A stretch of 64,000 nt of DNA from Flavobacteriaceae bacterium. Its GTDB lineage: Bacteria > Bacteroidota > Bacteroidia > Flavobacteriales > Flavobacteriaceae. The notes beneath the pieces are model-generated. The model was not told the origin of the DNA, did no database searches, and was given only the letters and a program-made list of their open reading frames with translations. Position numbers and translations under genes: made by a program. The DNA lies in the NCBI GenBank assembly GCA_027082925.1, contig JALWTD010000013.1, positions 96,349 through 160,348 of the forward strand, written 5' to 3'. Positions within the stretch are counted from its first letter, which is position 1. Each line of letters starts with the position of its first letter. Shown in pieces: positions 37,963 through 47,751 of the stretch.

Positions 37963-39693
37963 ATGTTTGAAATTTCCCAACTCAAGGAGAAAACCTTAGT
38001 AGAATTACAAGAAATTGCGAAAACAATAGGAGCTAAAAAATATAGTCAATTAAAAAAACTAGACCTAGTTTATTTAATTTTAGACATTCAGGCTTCAAAC
38101 CCAACAACGGTTACCAAAAAAAGTTCTTCGGCAAACCAAAGTAATAAGCCTAAGCGTAAACGCATAAAAAAAGCAGCAACTCCTAAAGAAAACAAACCGG
38201 TTAACAATAACGATGAACCGAAACAAAACAAACCTCAAGACTCAACACAAGGTAAACTCGATTTTAAAAAAGAGAATCCAAAACCTGAAGTAAAACCTGA
38301 GGCAAAGAAGAATGAAAATGAGCAAAAAAATGCTGAAAAAAGTACTGAGCCTGCAAAACAGAAAACGGTAGCTCCTAAGCAACCGCAACAGGAAAAAAAG
38401 AGCCAGAATCAGAATCAAAACCAAACTCAGGCTCAGAATCAGAATCAGCCAAAGCAGCAACAAAACAAACAACAAAATAAGCAGCAAGGCAACAATCAAA
38501 ACAAACAACAAAACAAACAACAGCATAAATCACAACGTAAAAATAACGGAAGCCGTTATAAAGATCCTGACTACGAGTTTGATGGTATTATAGAAAGTGA
38601 AGGTGTTTTAGAAATGATGCCTGATGGCTATGGTTTTTTACGCTCTTCTGATTATAATTACCTTTCATCGCCAGACGATATTTACCTGTCTCAATCACAA
38701 ATCAAATTATTTGGTTTAAAAACGGGTGATACGGTTAAAGGAATTGTTAGACCTCCAAAAGAAGGTGAAAAATATTTTCCGTTAATTCGAGTTTCTAAAA
38801 TCAATGGTCTTAGCCCTAATGTTGTTAGAGATCGCGTGTCTTTTGAACACCTTACACCTTTATTTCCTCAAGAAAAATTTAACTTGGCAGGAAGGTCTAG
38901 TACGTTATCAACACGTATTATGGACTTATTTTCTCCAATAGGTAAAGGTCAAAGAGGTATGATTGTTTCACAGCCTAAAACAGGGAAAACAATGCTTTTA
39001 AAAGATATTGCAAACTCTATTGCCGCAAATCATCCTGAAGTATATCAAATTATTTTACTTATTGATGAACGTCCTGAAGAGGTTACAGATATGCAACGAA
39101 GTGTTAGAGGCGAGGTAGTTGCTTCTACATTTGACGAACCTGCCGATAAGCATGTACGTGTTGCAAATATTGTATTGGAAAAAGCAAAACGATTGGTAGA
39201 GTGTGGACACGATGTAGTAATACTTTTAGACTCTATAACACGTTTGGCTAGAGCATATAATACCGTTGCTCCTGCTTCCGGAAAAATATTATCGGGTGGT
39301 ATTGATGCCAACGCTTTACACAAACCTAAACGCTTCTTTGGTGCTGCACGTAACATTGAAAACGGTGGTTCGTTATCTATTATAGCTACCGCATTAACTG
39401 AAACCGGTTCTAAAATGGATGAAGTTATTTTTGAAGAATTTAAAGGTACAGGAAATATGGAATTGCAACTGGAAAGAAATATTGCAAACCGTAGAATTTA
39501 TCCTGCTATCGACTTGGTAAAATCAAGTACTCGTAGAGATGATTTACTACTTGATCCAAAAACCGTACAACGTATGTGGGTTCTTAGAAAGTATTTAGCC
39601 GATATGAATCCTGTTGAAGCAATGGAATTTATTAAAGATAAAATTCAGTACACAAACTCTAATGAAGAGTTTTTAATTTCTATGAACGGATAA
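37963..39693 (+). CDS. rho: Transcription termination factor Rho with long N-terminal disordered insertion
   Basis: Rho_N helix, [16 protein letters not shown], Walker [32 protein letters not shown]. Confidence 0.98.
   Translation: MFEISQLKEKTLVELQEIAKTIGAKKYSQLKKLDLVYLILDIQASNPTTVTKKSSSANQSNKPKRKRIKKAATPKENKPVNNNDEPKQNKPQDSTQGKLDFKKENPKPEVKPEAKKNENEQKNAEKSTEPAKQKTVAPKQPQQEKKSQNQNQNQTQAQNQNQPKQQQNKQQNKQQGNNQNKQQNKQQHKSQRKNNGSRYKDPDYEFDGIIESEGVLEMMPDGYGFLRSSDYNYLSSPDDIYLSQSQIKLFGLKTGDTVKGIVRPPKEGEKYFPLIRVSKINGLSPNVVRDRVSFEHLTPLFPQEKFNLAGRSSTLSTRIMDLFSPIGKGQRGMIVSQPKTGKTMLLKDIANSIAANHPEVYQIILLIDERPEEVTDMQRSVRGEVVASTFDEPADKHVRVANIVLEKAKRLVECGHDVVILLDSITRLARAYNTVAPASGKILSGGIDANALHKPKRFFGAARNIENGGSLSIIATALTETGSKMDEVIFEEFKGTGNMELQLERNIANRRIYPAIDLVKSSTRRDDLLLDPKTVQRMWVLRKYLADMNPVEAMEFIKDKIQYTNSNEEFLISMNG
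38404..38523 (+). repeat. Q/N-coding low-complexity repeats inside rho
   Basis: CAGAAT units (QNQNQ) and four 12-nt NKQQ-coding units at 38464, 38476, 38500 and 38512 (AACAAACAACAA-like). Confidence 0.9.
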
Positions 39694-39717
39694 GCGTTTT
39701 CTTAGAAAAAAACCTAT

Positions 39718-39747
39718 AAAAAAAGCGAGCATTAGCTCGCTTTTTTT
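39718..39747. terminator. Bidirectional terminator between rho and ppiD
   Basis: A7-GCGAGC-ATTA-GCTCGC-T7 between convergent genes. Confidence 0.9.
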
Positions 39748-39768
39748 ATGTCTAGTAAATTTGTTTTA

Positions 39769-41931
39769 CTAGTTAAACTTTGCTCTATTATCTACAATAT
39801 CAGCACTCTCTCTTAGTACTTGATTTAGTAAATATGTTCTTCCTTGTAATTGTGTTACAATTCTTTTACGGAAGTTATCGTAGTTATCCAACTTAACAGG
39901 CTCCTCACGTTTTGTCACCTTAATAACAAACACTCCTTTTTCACCTTCAATAGCATCTGATACCTGATTTAATTTTATTGCAGACATTGCTCCAACTACT
40001 GCCGGCTCATTTCCAACACCAGGCAACAACGGGCTCGCTAAAGTTACCATAGAAGCTGTACGAACAGTTTCATTGTTATTTTTTGCAATCTCCGCTAACG
40101 TACCTCCTTTAAGTTTTTTCTTAAGTAAGGCGGCTTTTTTCTTGTTCATTAATTCTGGACGCACTCTAATTAAAATATCTGTACTAACCGTTAGTTTGTC
40201 TTTATCCGTTTTTTCGGTCAATACAGCTACAACATAGCCTCTCTTTCCTTGATATTCTATATCAAATCCTTTAAAGTCTCCTACGTTTCGGTCTTCTTCA
40301 AAAGCCCATTTTACAATTGGACGTTGTGCTCCTAATCCCGGTACATTTTCGTCTAATTCTTTAAGGTTTAATGCCGATTGAATTTTGTAATTATTTTCCT
40401 TTGCCACATCTTCTAACAATTTTCCTTCGTCTAGACTTGCTGCTAAGGTTTGGTATTTTTCGTAAATATGTTGTTCTGTTGCTTCTGAAGCTTCTATTAA
40501 ACGAGCAAAAGTAGCTATTTTAACAGCTTTTACAGGAGCTGTTTGCTCGTCAACCCTAATAATATGATATCCAAAACCTGTTTCAACAATACCAATGCTT
40601 CCTTCTTTATTTTTATAAATAAAATTAGCAAAGTCTCTGTCAAAACTAGGTGAAAATGCCTGATTTTTACGTACCCATCCTATTTCACCACCTTTTCCTT
40701 TTGTTCCATCAGAATTAATTTCATTTGCAATTTCTTCAAATTTTTTGGTATCGTTTTTTACTAAAGTATAAATACTGTCAATTATCTTTTTAGCTTCTTC
40801 TTTTGTTTTTGTTGAAGTTGATCTTTGAGCACCTGCATAAGGAACAATAATATGACTTGATTTTACTGAGTCTGGCAATTGAACGACTTCAACTAATTTA
40901 GACAGTTTAAAGTATCCTTTGTCTTTGTATGGCCCGTAAATATCTCCTACATTTCCATCAAACAAAGCTTCAGCAAGTTCTGTAGGTAATTCATTTTTAT
41001 ATTTGTAAGTATCGTCAAAACCTAAGTCTGACCCATTATCGTCTAAAAATTGCTTATAGTCTGTTGCGTTTTTAAAGCCCGGTACAGTTACAGTACTCTT
41101 GGTAGCATTGCTGTATTCTTCTCGGTCATCAATATATTTTGCAACTTCTTTTTTAATTTCTTCTTCATCTTCTTTTGAAGGCAAAATATCAAACTTCACA
41201 TACTTTAACGAACGTGTAGCTTCTGCTTTAAATCGTTTTGGATTTTTTTCTATGTAATTTTGAACGTCTTCTTTAGTTACACGAACTAAACTATCTGGAA
41301 TTTTAGAATATGGCACAAAAACAAATTGAGCATCCATTTTAGTGTTTGTAAAGAAATAGTCTCTTTCTCCTTCTTTTAAAGAAGCTCCTAAACCTGCAGT
41401 TACTAATGAAGTGTACGCTTGACGCTCTAAATTTTGTTTAATTTGTTTTTCTGTAGCCAACCAACTTAACCAAGCTTGTGTATTTCCGGCTTCGGCATCG
41501 TCCTTCATATTGGCAATATATTCTTTTAGCTTTTCTTCGTCAAAAAGATTTGCTTCATTTTTAAACAATGGAGAGTTTTGAATTTCAGGTAAATTTACCA
41601 TTGCATCCCAAATGTCTTTTTCTCCAACTACAATTCCTGCTTTTTCTAATTGTGACAAAAATATTTTTTCACTTACTAAAGAGTTCCACACTGTATTAAC
41701 AGCTTGCATTTGTGTTGCTCCTCTTCCTCTTTGAGATTTGTATGCCTCTACTTCGCTAACAAACTCTTCTCTATCAATACTTTCTCCATTAACCTCACCT
41801 ACCGAGTTTATTTTACTTGAACTAAAAAACTCTTGAATTGATTTAGGGTTTAGTACAAATGAAAAAAGTGCCAATCCAACAATTAGGATAAGGAACATTG
41901 AACGATCTCTAATTTTTGATAATATTGCCAT
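39769..41931 (-). CDS. ppiD: PpiD/SurA-like periplasmic chaperone-PPIase
   Basis: MAILSKIR followed by a TM anchor, SurA_N-like region, parvulin domain (SSHIIV, GGEIGW, ETGFGYHII). Confidence 0.85.
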   Translation of the reverse strand: MAILSKIRDRSMFLILIVGLALFSFVLNPKSIQEFFSSSKINSVGEVNGESIDREEFVSEVEAYKSQRGRGATQMQAVNTVWNSLVSEKIFLSQLEKAGIVVGEKDIWDAMVNLPEIQNSPLFKNEANLFDEEKLKEYIANMKDDAEAGNTQAWLSWLATEKQIKQNLERQAYTSLVTAGLGASLKEGERDYFFTNTKMDAQFVFVPYSKIPDSLVRVTKEDVQNYIEKNPKRFKAEATRSLKYVKFDILPSKEDEEEIKKEVAKYIDDREEYSNATKSTVTVPGFKNATDYKQFLDDNGSDLGFDDTYKYKNELPTELAEALFDGNVGDIYGPYKDKGYFKLSKLVEVVQLPDSVKSSHIIVPYAGAQRSTSTKTKEEAKKIIDSIYTLVKNDTKKFEEIANEINSDGTKGKGGEIGWVRKNQAFSPSFDRDFANFIYKNKEGSIGIVETGFGYHIIRVDEQTAPVKAVKIATFARLIEASEATEQHIYEKYQTLAASLDEGKLLEDVAKENNYKIQSALNLKELDENVPGLGAQRPIVKWAFEEDRNVGDFKGFDIEYQGKRGYVVAVLTEKTDKDKLTVSTDILIRVRPELMNKKKAALLKKKLKGGTLAEIAKNNNETVRTASMVTLASPLLPGVGNEPAVVGAMSAIKLNQVSDAIEGEKGVFVIKVTKREEPVKLDNYDNFRKRIVTQLQGRTYLLNQVLRESADIVDNRAKFN

Positions 41932-42033
41932 TATGTGTTTTCTTTTAATTACAGTGTGCGAAAATACGATTTAGTATTTAATTATAAAAATGAAATACTC
42001 ATTATTAACCGCTATTTAGGCGTATTTTTTTGA

Positions 42034-43299
42034 TTAATCTGCTTTATCTAAAACTTTTAAATAAACTTCCATGATTTTTGAGGAATCTACTTTTAGCATT
42101 TTAAAATAAAAGTTATTTATCTCTATAACCTCATCTTGCTTTGGTATATCTTCATGATGATATACTATAAAGCCTCCTAAGGTTTCGTAGGCTTCATTTT
42201 CTTGCAGGTTTAGCCCATATGTTTCGTTTAAATAATCTACCTCTAACCTTGCCGAAAATTCAAACTCTCTGTCGTTAATTTTAGTTTCGAGGAGTTCTAC
42301 AGTATCGTGCTCATCTATAATTTCACCAAAAAGTTCTTCAACAATATCTTCTACCGTAATAATTCCAGAGGTTCCTCCAAACTCATCTAACACTACCGAT
42401 ACACTTCTCTTTTTCTTTATAAGTATATTTAAAGCGTCGTTTATCATCATACTCTCCGGAATAAATTCAACCGGCAACAGTATTGATCTTAAGGTTTTAG
42501 GTTTTTTAAACAGCTCAAATGCATGTACATATCCTAAAATATCGTCTAAAGAATTTTTGTAAACAATTATTTTTGAGTAGCCTGTTTCTATAAATAGTTT
42601 TTTTAAATTCGAAATTGATTCTGTTATATCAACAGCAACTATTTCTGTTCTAGGAATCATTATTTCTCTAGCTTTAACCGTATCAAATTCTAAGGCGTTT
42701 TGAAATATTTGAATTTCAGAATCTACCTCTTCACTCTCTTTTACATTTTCAAGTTGTTTAGAAATATAGTTTCCTAATTCTTCTTTACTAAATGCTGTTT
42801 TTTCAATGTCTTTTGATGTTTTAAAAAACAGCTTTAAAAAGTAATCGGAGATAATTGTTATAAAATCTGAGATAAAATGAAACACAACGTAAAAAAAGTA
42901 AGCAGGTACAGCAAACACCTGTAATGTTTCGTTGGCATAACTTCTAAAAATAGCTTTTGGCAAAAACTCTGCAGTTATTAATATAACAACTGTAGATATA
43001 ACTGTTTGGATTAGCAGTACCGAAAATTCGTTTAAAGATTGTACTGGTAAAAAGGTAACAAGCAGCTTTCCCATAAATATGGTGTAAACTACCAATGCTA
43101 TATTGTTACCTATAAGCATTGTGGTAATAAACTTTGACGATTTGGAGGTGAGTTTACTTAAAATTTTGGCTCTAAACCCTCCCTTTTTTTTCTCTAGCTC
43201 TACCTGAAATTTATTTGCAGAAATGTACGCTATTTCCATTCCAGAAAAAAAAGCTGATAATAAAATTGAAATTAAGATTATAACAATTTGAATTTCCAT
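42034..43299 (-). CDS. CNNM/CorC (hemolysin-family, TlyC/GldE-like) CBS-domain membrane protein
   Basis: SAFFSGMEIA, EFLPK, IMIPRTEI, DEFGGTSGIITVEDIVEELFGEI.DEHD, CorC_HlyC tail. Confidence 0.9.
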   Translation of the reverse strand: MEIQIVIILISILLSAFFSGMEIAYISANKFQVELEKKKGGFRAKILSKLTSKSSKFITTMLIGNNIALVVYTIFMGKLLVTFLPVQSLNEFSVLLIQTVISTVVILITAEFLPKAIFRSYANETLQVFAVPAYFFYVVFHFISDFITIISDYFLKLFFKTSKDIEKTAFSKEELGNYISKQLENVKESEEVDSEIQIFQNALEFDTVKAREIMIPRTEIVAVDITESISNLKKLFIETGYSKIIVYKNSLDDILGYVHAFELFKKPKTLRSILLPVEFIPESMMINDALNILIKKKRSVSVVLDEFGGTSGIITVEDIVEELFGEIIDEHDTVELLETKINDREFEFSARLEVDYLNETYGLNLQENEAYETLGGFIVYHHEDIPKQDEVIEINNFYFKMLKVDSSKIMEVYLKVLDKAD

Positions 43300-43494
43300 C
43301 TACTCTTGGTTTCTACGCTCTATTCTTTTTCTGAAACGTTTTTTAAAAAAGTACATAAATACGGCTAGTACCGAAAATACTAAAAATAAATATGCACGTT
43401 CTCTATCTACATTCCAATTTAACAATGTTTCAACTACAAATACAACAGCTACAAGTAAATAACCGTATTCAAATATTCTCCAAATTTTTTGCAT
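43300..43494 (-). CDS. Small two-TM hypothetical protein (64 aa)
   Basis: Two hydrophobic helices and a basic tail. Its stop abuts the next ATG (TAG-ATG), and it starts 3 nt after the lptC stop. Confidence 0.75.
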   Translation of the reverse strand: MQKIWRIFEYGYLLVAVVFVVETLLNWNVDRERAYLFLVFSVLAVFMYFFKKRFRKRIERRNQE

Positions 43495-43497
43495 AAT

Positions 43498-44058
43498 TTA
43501 ATCTTTTATATAAATAACTCCTGTCTGATTTTTAACCCACCATTTTTCTAGATCTTCTGAAGCTTCAAATCCTACACCGTAAATTGTATCTGTTAAGGTA
43601 TAAAATGTAAACCGTTTCTCTGTAAAAAAATAATGTGTTTTTTGATCCCAAAACACTTGTGAAGTTACTAATTTATGATTTTTAGCGTAATTATATATAA
43701 TTACGTTCCCCTTAATTTCAGAAACTTCTGTTTTTAAATAACTTTTAGCATAATCACCTTCTATAGTGGTAGAATCTCCGTTTTTAGCTATTGACGTTAT
43801 TTTTATTCCCTTCGGGAACTCAGAATACGGATGAAAATCTCTATTGCTAAAATCAAACATTACAGGAGCTTTCATTTTAACATCAACTCGTCCAGAATCG
43901 GTATGTATATGGTTAACCTTATAAGCCTCTCCAATAGGTAAGTTTTTATCGGCTAAAAAATCTTTTACCTTTTTTACGTCATTTGTACAAGAAAAAACCA
44001 TTGTTACTACAGCTGTAATAACAATGGTTTTTATTGTATTTACAATTGATTCTGTCAT
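43498..44058 (-). CDS. lptC: LPS export ABC transporter periplasmic protein LptC
   Basis: N-terminal anchor (VFS-C), beta-jellyroll-like motifs EFPKGI, KLVTSQVFWDQ, GVGFEA. Confidence 0.8.
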   Translation of the reverse strand: MTESIVNTIKTIVITAVVTMVFSCTNDVKKVKDFLADKNLPIGEAYKVNHIHTDSGRVDVKMKAPVMFDFSNRDFHPYSEFPKGIKITSIAKNGDSTTIEGDYAKSYLKTEVSEIKGNVIIYNYAKNHKLVTSQVFWDQKTHYFFTEKRFTFYTLTDTIYGVGFEASEDLEKWWVKNQTGVIYIKD

Positions 44059-44062
44059 TTGA

Positions 44063-44070
44063 CAAATATA
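44063..44070 (-). promoter_or_regulatory. -7 promoter box immediately before lptC
   Basis: TATATTTG followed by only 4 nt (TCAA) before the ATG. Confidence 0.5.
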
Positions 44071-44095
44071 TCAATTATAATGTTTCGAATCTAAT

Positions 44096-45448
44096 TTACG
44101 GTACTCTTACCGTCTCATTAATCCAACATTTTATTGTAAATGGTGTTCCTGATTGGATATTTGCAATAAATAAATCTTTTTTAGTAGGTATATTCTTAGA
44201 ATAGTTTCTAATAAATTTATTTGCATAACTACTAATACTTGGATCAATTGATTTTGCTTTTCTTGCTTTATTTAATGCTGCTACATAAACCATTCTTTTA
44301 GAAACCACATCGTTTCCACAAGAGTTTGCACTTGACGCATATAAACTAGCAATTAACAAATATGCTTTCCCCATAGTTGGTGCACTTTTTAGAGCTCTGT
44401 AAGCATATGATCTTGCTTCGCTTTTTCTTCCTTTTTTACTTAAAATTTTTGCAATTCTTAATAAGTACCCTGCTTTTTTATACGAGTCTGTTTCTTGATC
44501 TACCGCTTTTTTAAAGTACTCCATAGCTTTACTATCTTGTCCTTTCTTCATTAAAATACCTGCATAAAATACTGATGCATTTGGTGAAGGGTCTGCTTTT
44601 ACATAAGCTTCAACCAACGTATCATAAAAAGGATCGTCTGTACATTCTTTGTTGTACATTCTAGATACAGCTCTTTTTAACCAAACAGGATCGTTTTTCT
44701 TTGCTTCAAAGTTTTTCTTATTAAAAGGTATTAATCTTTCACAAGTTGAAATAACCGCAAGTTTTGCATCCAATCCAGCTTCTACTTTTGATAAGTTTGT
44801 TAAAATTATTTGGTAAATTTTTCTTCTCTTTTTATCTCTTGCACTAAGCGTTGTTGAATCTTTAGCATTGATAAGATCTATTTTTTTAGAATATTCTGCT
44901 CTTTTTAATTCAATACCTTCTCCTACTTCATCATAAGTATCAAATACTCTTTGTGTATCTGTATCTTTATATTTATTCAAAATAATGTCAAAATATTTAT
45001 AGATATTTTTAGGAGACATTGCTGTAGGATCTGCTTTAAAAGCTTTTTCTAACAATGTAAACACTTCTTCTTCCGAAGCATTTTGCGAAGCTTTAAACGT
45101 CGCATAATCACTGTATACTTTACCTAAATTTTTATTAGGATAATATTTTAATCGTTGTGTAAAAACTCTTTCTACCACTTTAGCAGCAGCTGCTTTATCT
45201 GCTTCTGAAGCTGCATTTTCGAGTTTATAATTTGCAATTTTGATTCCGTACTTATATACGTTAATTGAAAGGGAAGGACAGTTGTCCATACACCACATCC
45301 AATTTTCATAAGCCGCATCGTACTTTTTAGCTTGGTAATCTCCTTTAAAAAGGTTGTATTTAATGTTACATTCATCTTGCGAAAATGCCACCTGTACCGA
45401 AGCTATTACTAATAATAACACTACAATTTGTTTCATTTTTCTCATCAT
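44096..45448 (-). CDS. Exported TPR-like helical protein
   Basis: Signal peptide ending AFS-Q, W.WCMDNCP, TPR-like helices, C-terminal IKCWINETVRVP. Confidence 0.75.
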   Translation of the reverse strand: MMRKMKQIVVLLLVIASVQVAFSQDECNIKYNLFKGDYQAKKYDAAYENWMWCMDNCPSLSINVYKYGIKIANYKLENAASEADKAAAAKVVERVFTQRLKYYPNKNLGKVYSDYATFKASQNASEEEVFTLLEKAFKADPTAMSPKNIYKYFDIILNKYKDTDTQRVFDTYDEVGEGIELKRAEYSKKIDLINAKDSTTLSARDKKRRKIYQIILTNLSKVEAGLDAKLAVISTCERLIPFNKKNFEAKKNDPVWLKRAVSRMYNKECTDDPFYDTLVEAYVKADPSPNASVFYAGILMKKGQDSKAMEYFKKAVDQETDSYKKAGYLLRIAKILSKKGRKSEARSYAYRALKSAPTMGKAYLLIASLYASSANSCGNDVVSKRMVYVAALNKARKAKSIDPSISSYANKFIRNYSKNIPTKKDLFIANIQSGTPFTIKCWINETVRVP

Positions 45449-45461
45449 CTTATCCTTTAAG

Positions 45462-46754
45462 TTAAAATATTTCTAGTTTTTTAAACCATTTATCGTTTAA
45501 TGTAAGGCTCAATCTAAAATTAAAATAGTTTTCTTGAACCAATCCTTTACTTGTTTCTCCTCTTTTTCCTATTTCAAAGCCAACATTAATGTTTGACAAT
45601 TTCCTTCCCATTGGTAACCCTACTCCAAAAGATATGCCAAAATCATCTATGGGTGTAAAATCGGTTCCTGTTCCAAGTCCATCAACTCGCAATCCTGTTT
45701 TTTCAAATTTGAGCCCGGCTCTGTAAGTAACCCGTTCCCAGTAACTAGTAATTGATGTGTATTTAGGCGTATAAAAACCCCCTATAGCTATTTTTGAATA
45801 TTTGTCGTATTTAATTTTGGTATAACTATTAAAAACACTTCCTTGAATATCTAATACATCTTGGTAACTGTAATCTAGCCCTGCATACCATTTATTATCT
45901 TCTCCAACGCCTACACCCAACGTAGTTTTTAAAGGCATTTTAAGAAATCCTTTACTTGCCACATTAAGTATGGTATCTTTTGGTAATTCGAATGTAGCAA
46001 GTAAAACAGAGTACAAATATTCATTCCCGTCTGTTTCAATTTCACTTTTAAAGTCAAAGTTTCCTCCTACATGTAATTTTACCTTTTTATTAATTGTTGT
46101 TTTATACTGAAACCCTGCGTTTAACATAAAACCGCTCACATTAGAAACCGTTTTATATTTTGTAGCCAGTGTAACATCACGTTGCTGATTAATAATACTA
46201 TTTTCTATTTTACCAAAAACGTAGTTTCCTTGCGCTCCAATGCTAAAACCTTTAAACACTTCTAGTCCAAATCCCAGAAATACTTTATTTGTTCCTCCGT
46301 CTCCACTGTATAGAGTTAAGTCTTGCACCTCTCCATCAACATCGTAAATATTTGATACTAGCGAGTATCCTACTGTAGAATTTGGTAGTAACCCAAACAT
46401 AAGGCCTCCTTTTTCTCCTAACGGTACTCCTAAAGCTAAATAAGAAAGATCTGTTGTAGCTGCTCTTTGTTTGTCGGTACTATTTTTAGCCTGAATGCTT
46501 TTATGACCTATTGCTAGTGAATATGTTGTAAACAACAACGAAGCATTTGCAGCAGGGTTAGAAAAGTTTAAATGATTGTTATCGCTAAGCGCAACACCTA
46601 TACCTCCCATACTCAATTGCTCTACAGTACTTAAATTACTTTTATCTCCTATTCCAAAAAAAGAGTAGGCTGAAGTGTTATTTTTTTGAGCAAAACCTTC
46701 AACAGATAAAAGTAGTAGCATTATTGTTACTACTGCTGTTATTTTTCTTATCAT
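45462..46754 (-). CDS. Outer-membrane beta-barrel (FadL/OmpP1-like)
   Basis: Signal peptide, YSFFGIG, SMGG.G, NPAANA N-terminal hatch motif, C-terminal strand FRLSLTLNDKWF. Confidence 0.7.
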   Translation of the reverse strand: MIRKITAVVTIMLLLLSVEGFAQKNNTSAYSFFGIGDKSNLSTVEQLSMGGIGVALSDNNHLNFSNPAANASLLFTTYSLAIGHKSIQAKNSTDKQRAATTDLSYLALGVPLGEKGGLMFGLLPNSTVGYSLVSNIYDVDGEVQDLTLYSGDGGTNKVFLGFGLEVFKGFSIGAQGNYVFGKIENSIINQQRDVTLATKYKTVSNVSGFMLNAGFQYKTTINKKVKLHVGGNFDFKSEIETDGNEYLYSVLLATFELPKDTILNVASKGFLKMPLKTTLGVGVGEDNKWYAGLDYSYQDVLDIQGSVFNSYTKIKYDKYSKIAIGGFYTPKYTSITSYWERVTYRAGLKFEKTGLRVDGLGTGTDFTPIDDFGISFGVGLPMGRKLSNINVGFEIGKRGETSKGLVQENYFNFRLSLTLNDKWFKKLEIF

Positions 46755-46757
46755 TTA

Positions 46758-47480
46758 CTATAAATTATAGGTCAAAATTGTATTTAATCCCTCCAATAAA
46801 AAAATTGGATTGGCAAATATGCTATTTTTTAATTTATTTGACAAGAAATTAACGTCTCCACCTGTTAAAACTACTGTTAATTTTTCATTTTTTTCTTTAT
46901 ACTGATTGATAACACTATCAATTTCATTTATAACTCCGTTAATTACCCCTGAATGTATCGATGCTTCAGTAGAATCTCCATACAATAAACTAATATCTTT
47001 AGGTTTTAATAAGGGGAGGTTTTGAGTAAATGTGCCAAGAGCCCTGTATCTCATTTGTAAACCCGGAGAAATAGCTCCTCCATAATATTTTTTTTCAGCA
47101 TTTATAAAATCGTATGTTATACAAGTTCCCGCATCAATAACCAATACGTTTTCTTTAGGAAAATTTGAAACTGCGGCAGCCATTAGGGCAATTCTGTCTA
47201 CACCTAATGTTTTTGGTGTTTTGTAATTATTTATAAATGGAATTTTTGTTGATGTTGTTAGCACCATTAGGTTTATTTTAAAAGACAGCGACTCTAATTG
47301 AGCCTTATTAATAAAGCTTACCGATGAAATAATGGCATTATTACAGGAGTACTTCTCTATTATTTCATCAACTTTAAACAAAAGCGCCGCGCCAGTAATA
47401 ACCTCTGTATGAACCATTTCTACATGATTAAACACTCCTAATTTGATTCTGGTATTACCAACGTCAATTATCAGATTCAT
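46758..47480 (-). CDS. coaX: Type III pantothenate kinase
   Basis: IIDVGNTRIK, LGVDR, VIDAGTCIT.D, GGAISPG, LTGGD. Confidence 0.95.
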   Translation of the reverse strand: MNLIIDVGNTRIKLGVFNHVEMVHTEVITGAALLFKVDEIIEKYSCNNAIISSVSFINKAQLESLSFKINLMVLTTSTKIPFINNYKTPKTLGVDRIALMAAAVSNFPKENVLVIDAGTCITYDFINAEKKYYGGAISPGLQMRYRALGTFTQNLPLLKPKDISLLYGDSTEASIHSGVINGVINEIDSVINQYKEKNEKLTVVLTGGDVNFLSNKLKNSIFANPIFLLEGLNTILTYNL

Positions 47481-47530
47481 TCTTATTTATTTAGTACCGT
47501 AAAAATACAACGGATTTTTTTTAAAATTGT

Positions 47531-47562
47531 TTTGATTAGTCTAAAAAATACATTTATATTTG
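47531..47562 (+). promoter_or_regulatory. Consensus promoter for tRNA-Phe
   Basis: TTTG (47531-34), 20-nt spacer, TATATTTG (47555-62). Confidence 0.8.
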
Positions 47563-47581
47563 CAACCGCAATTAAGCAACT

Positions 47582-47654
47582 GGTACCTTAGCTCAGTTGG
47601 TAGAGCAAAGGACTGAAAATCCTTGTGTCCCTGGTTCGATTCCTGGAGGTACCA
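47582..47654 (+). tRNA. tRNA-Phe(GAA)
   Basis: Acceptor stem GGTACCT/AGGTACC, anticodon arm AAGGA-CT-GAA-AA-TCCTT, T-loop GGTTCGATTCC. Confidence 0.97.
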
Positions 47655-47657
47655 CAT

Positions 47658-47691
47658 AAAACTCGTAACAGTAATTGTTACGAGTTTTTTT
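47658..47691 (+). terminator. Intrinsic terminator after tRNA-Phe
   Basis: AAAACTCGTAACA-GTAAT-TGTTACGAGTTTT followed by a T run. Confidence 0.85.
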
Positions 47692-47697
47692 ATACAC

Positions 47698-47729
47698 AAA
47701 AAAAGCCGCATAAAATTATGCGGCTTTTT
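47698..47729 (-). terminator. Terminator for the convergent 94-aa gene
   Basis: GCCGCATAA-AA-TTATGCGGC flanked by A and T tracts. Confidence 0.8.
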
Positions 47730-47751
47730 CTATTTTAAACGTATTTATACT

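Noticed and set aside
42034-43299. 'Hemolysin' as a toxin or virulence gene
   Set aside because: The motifs are those of CNNM/CorC CBS-domain metal-homeostasis proteins.
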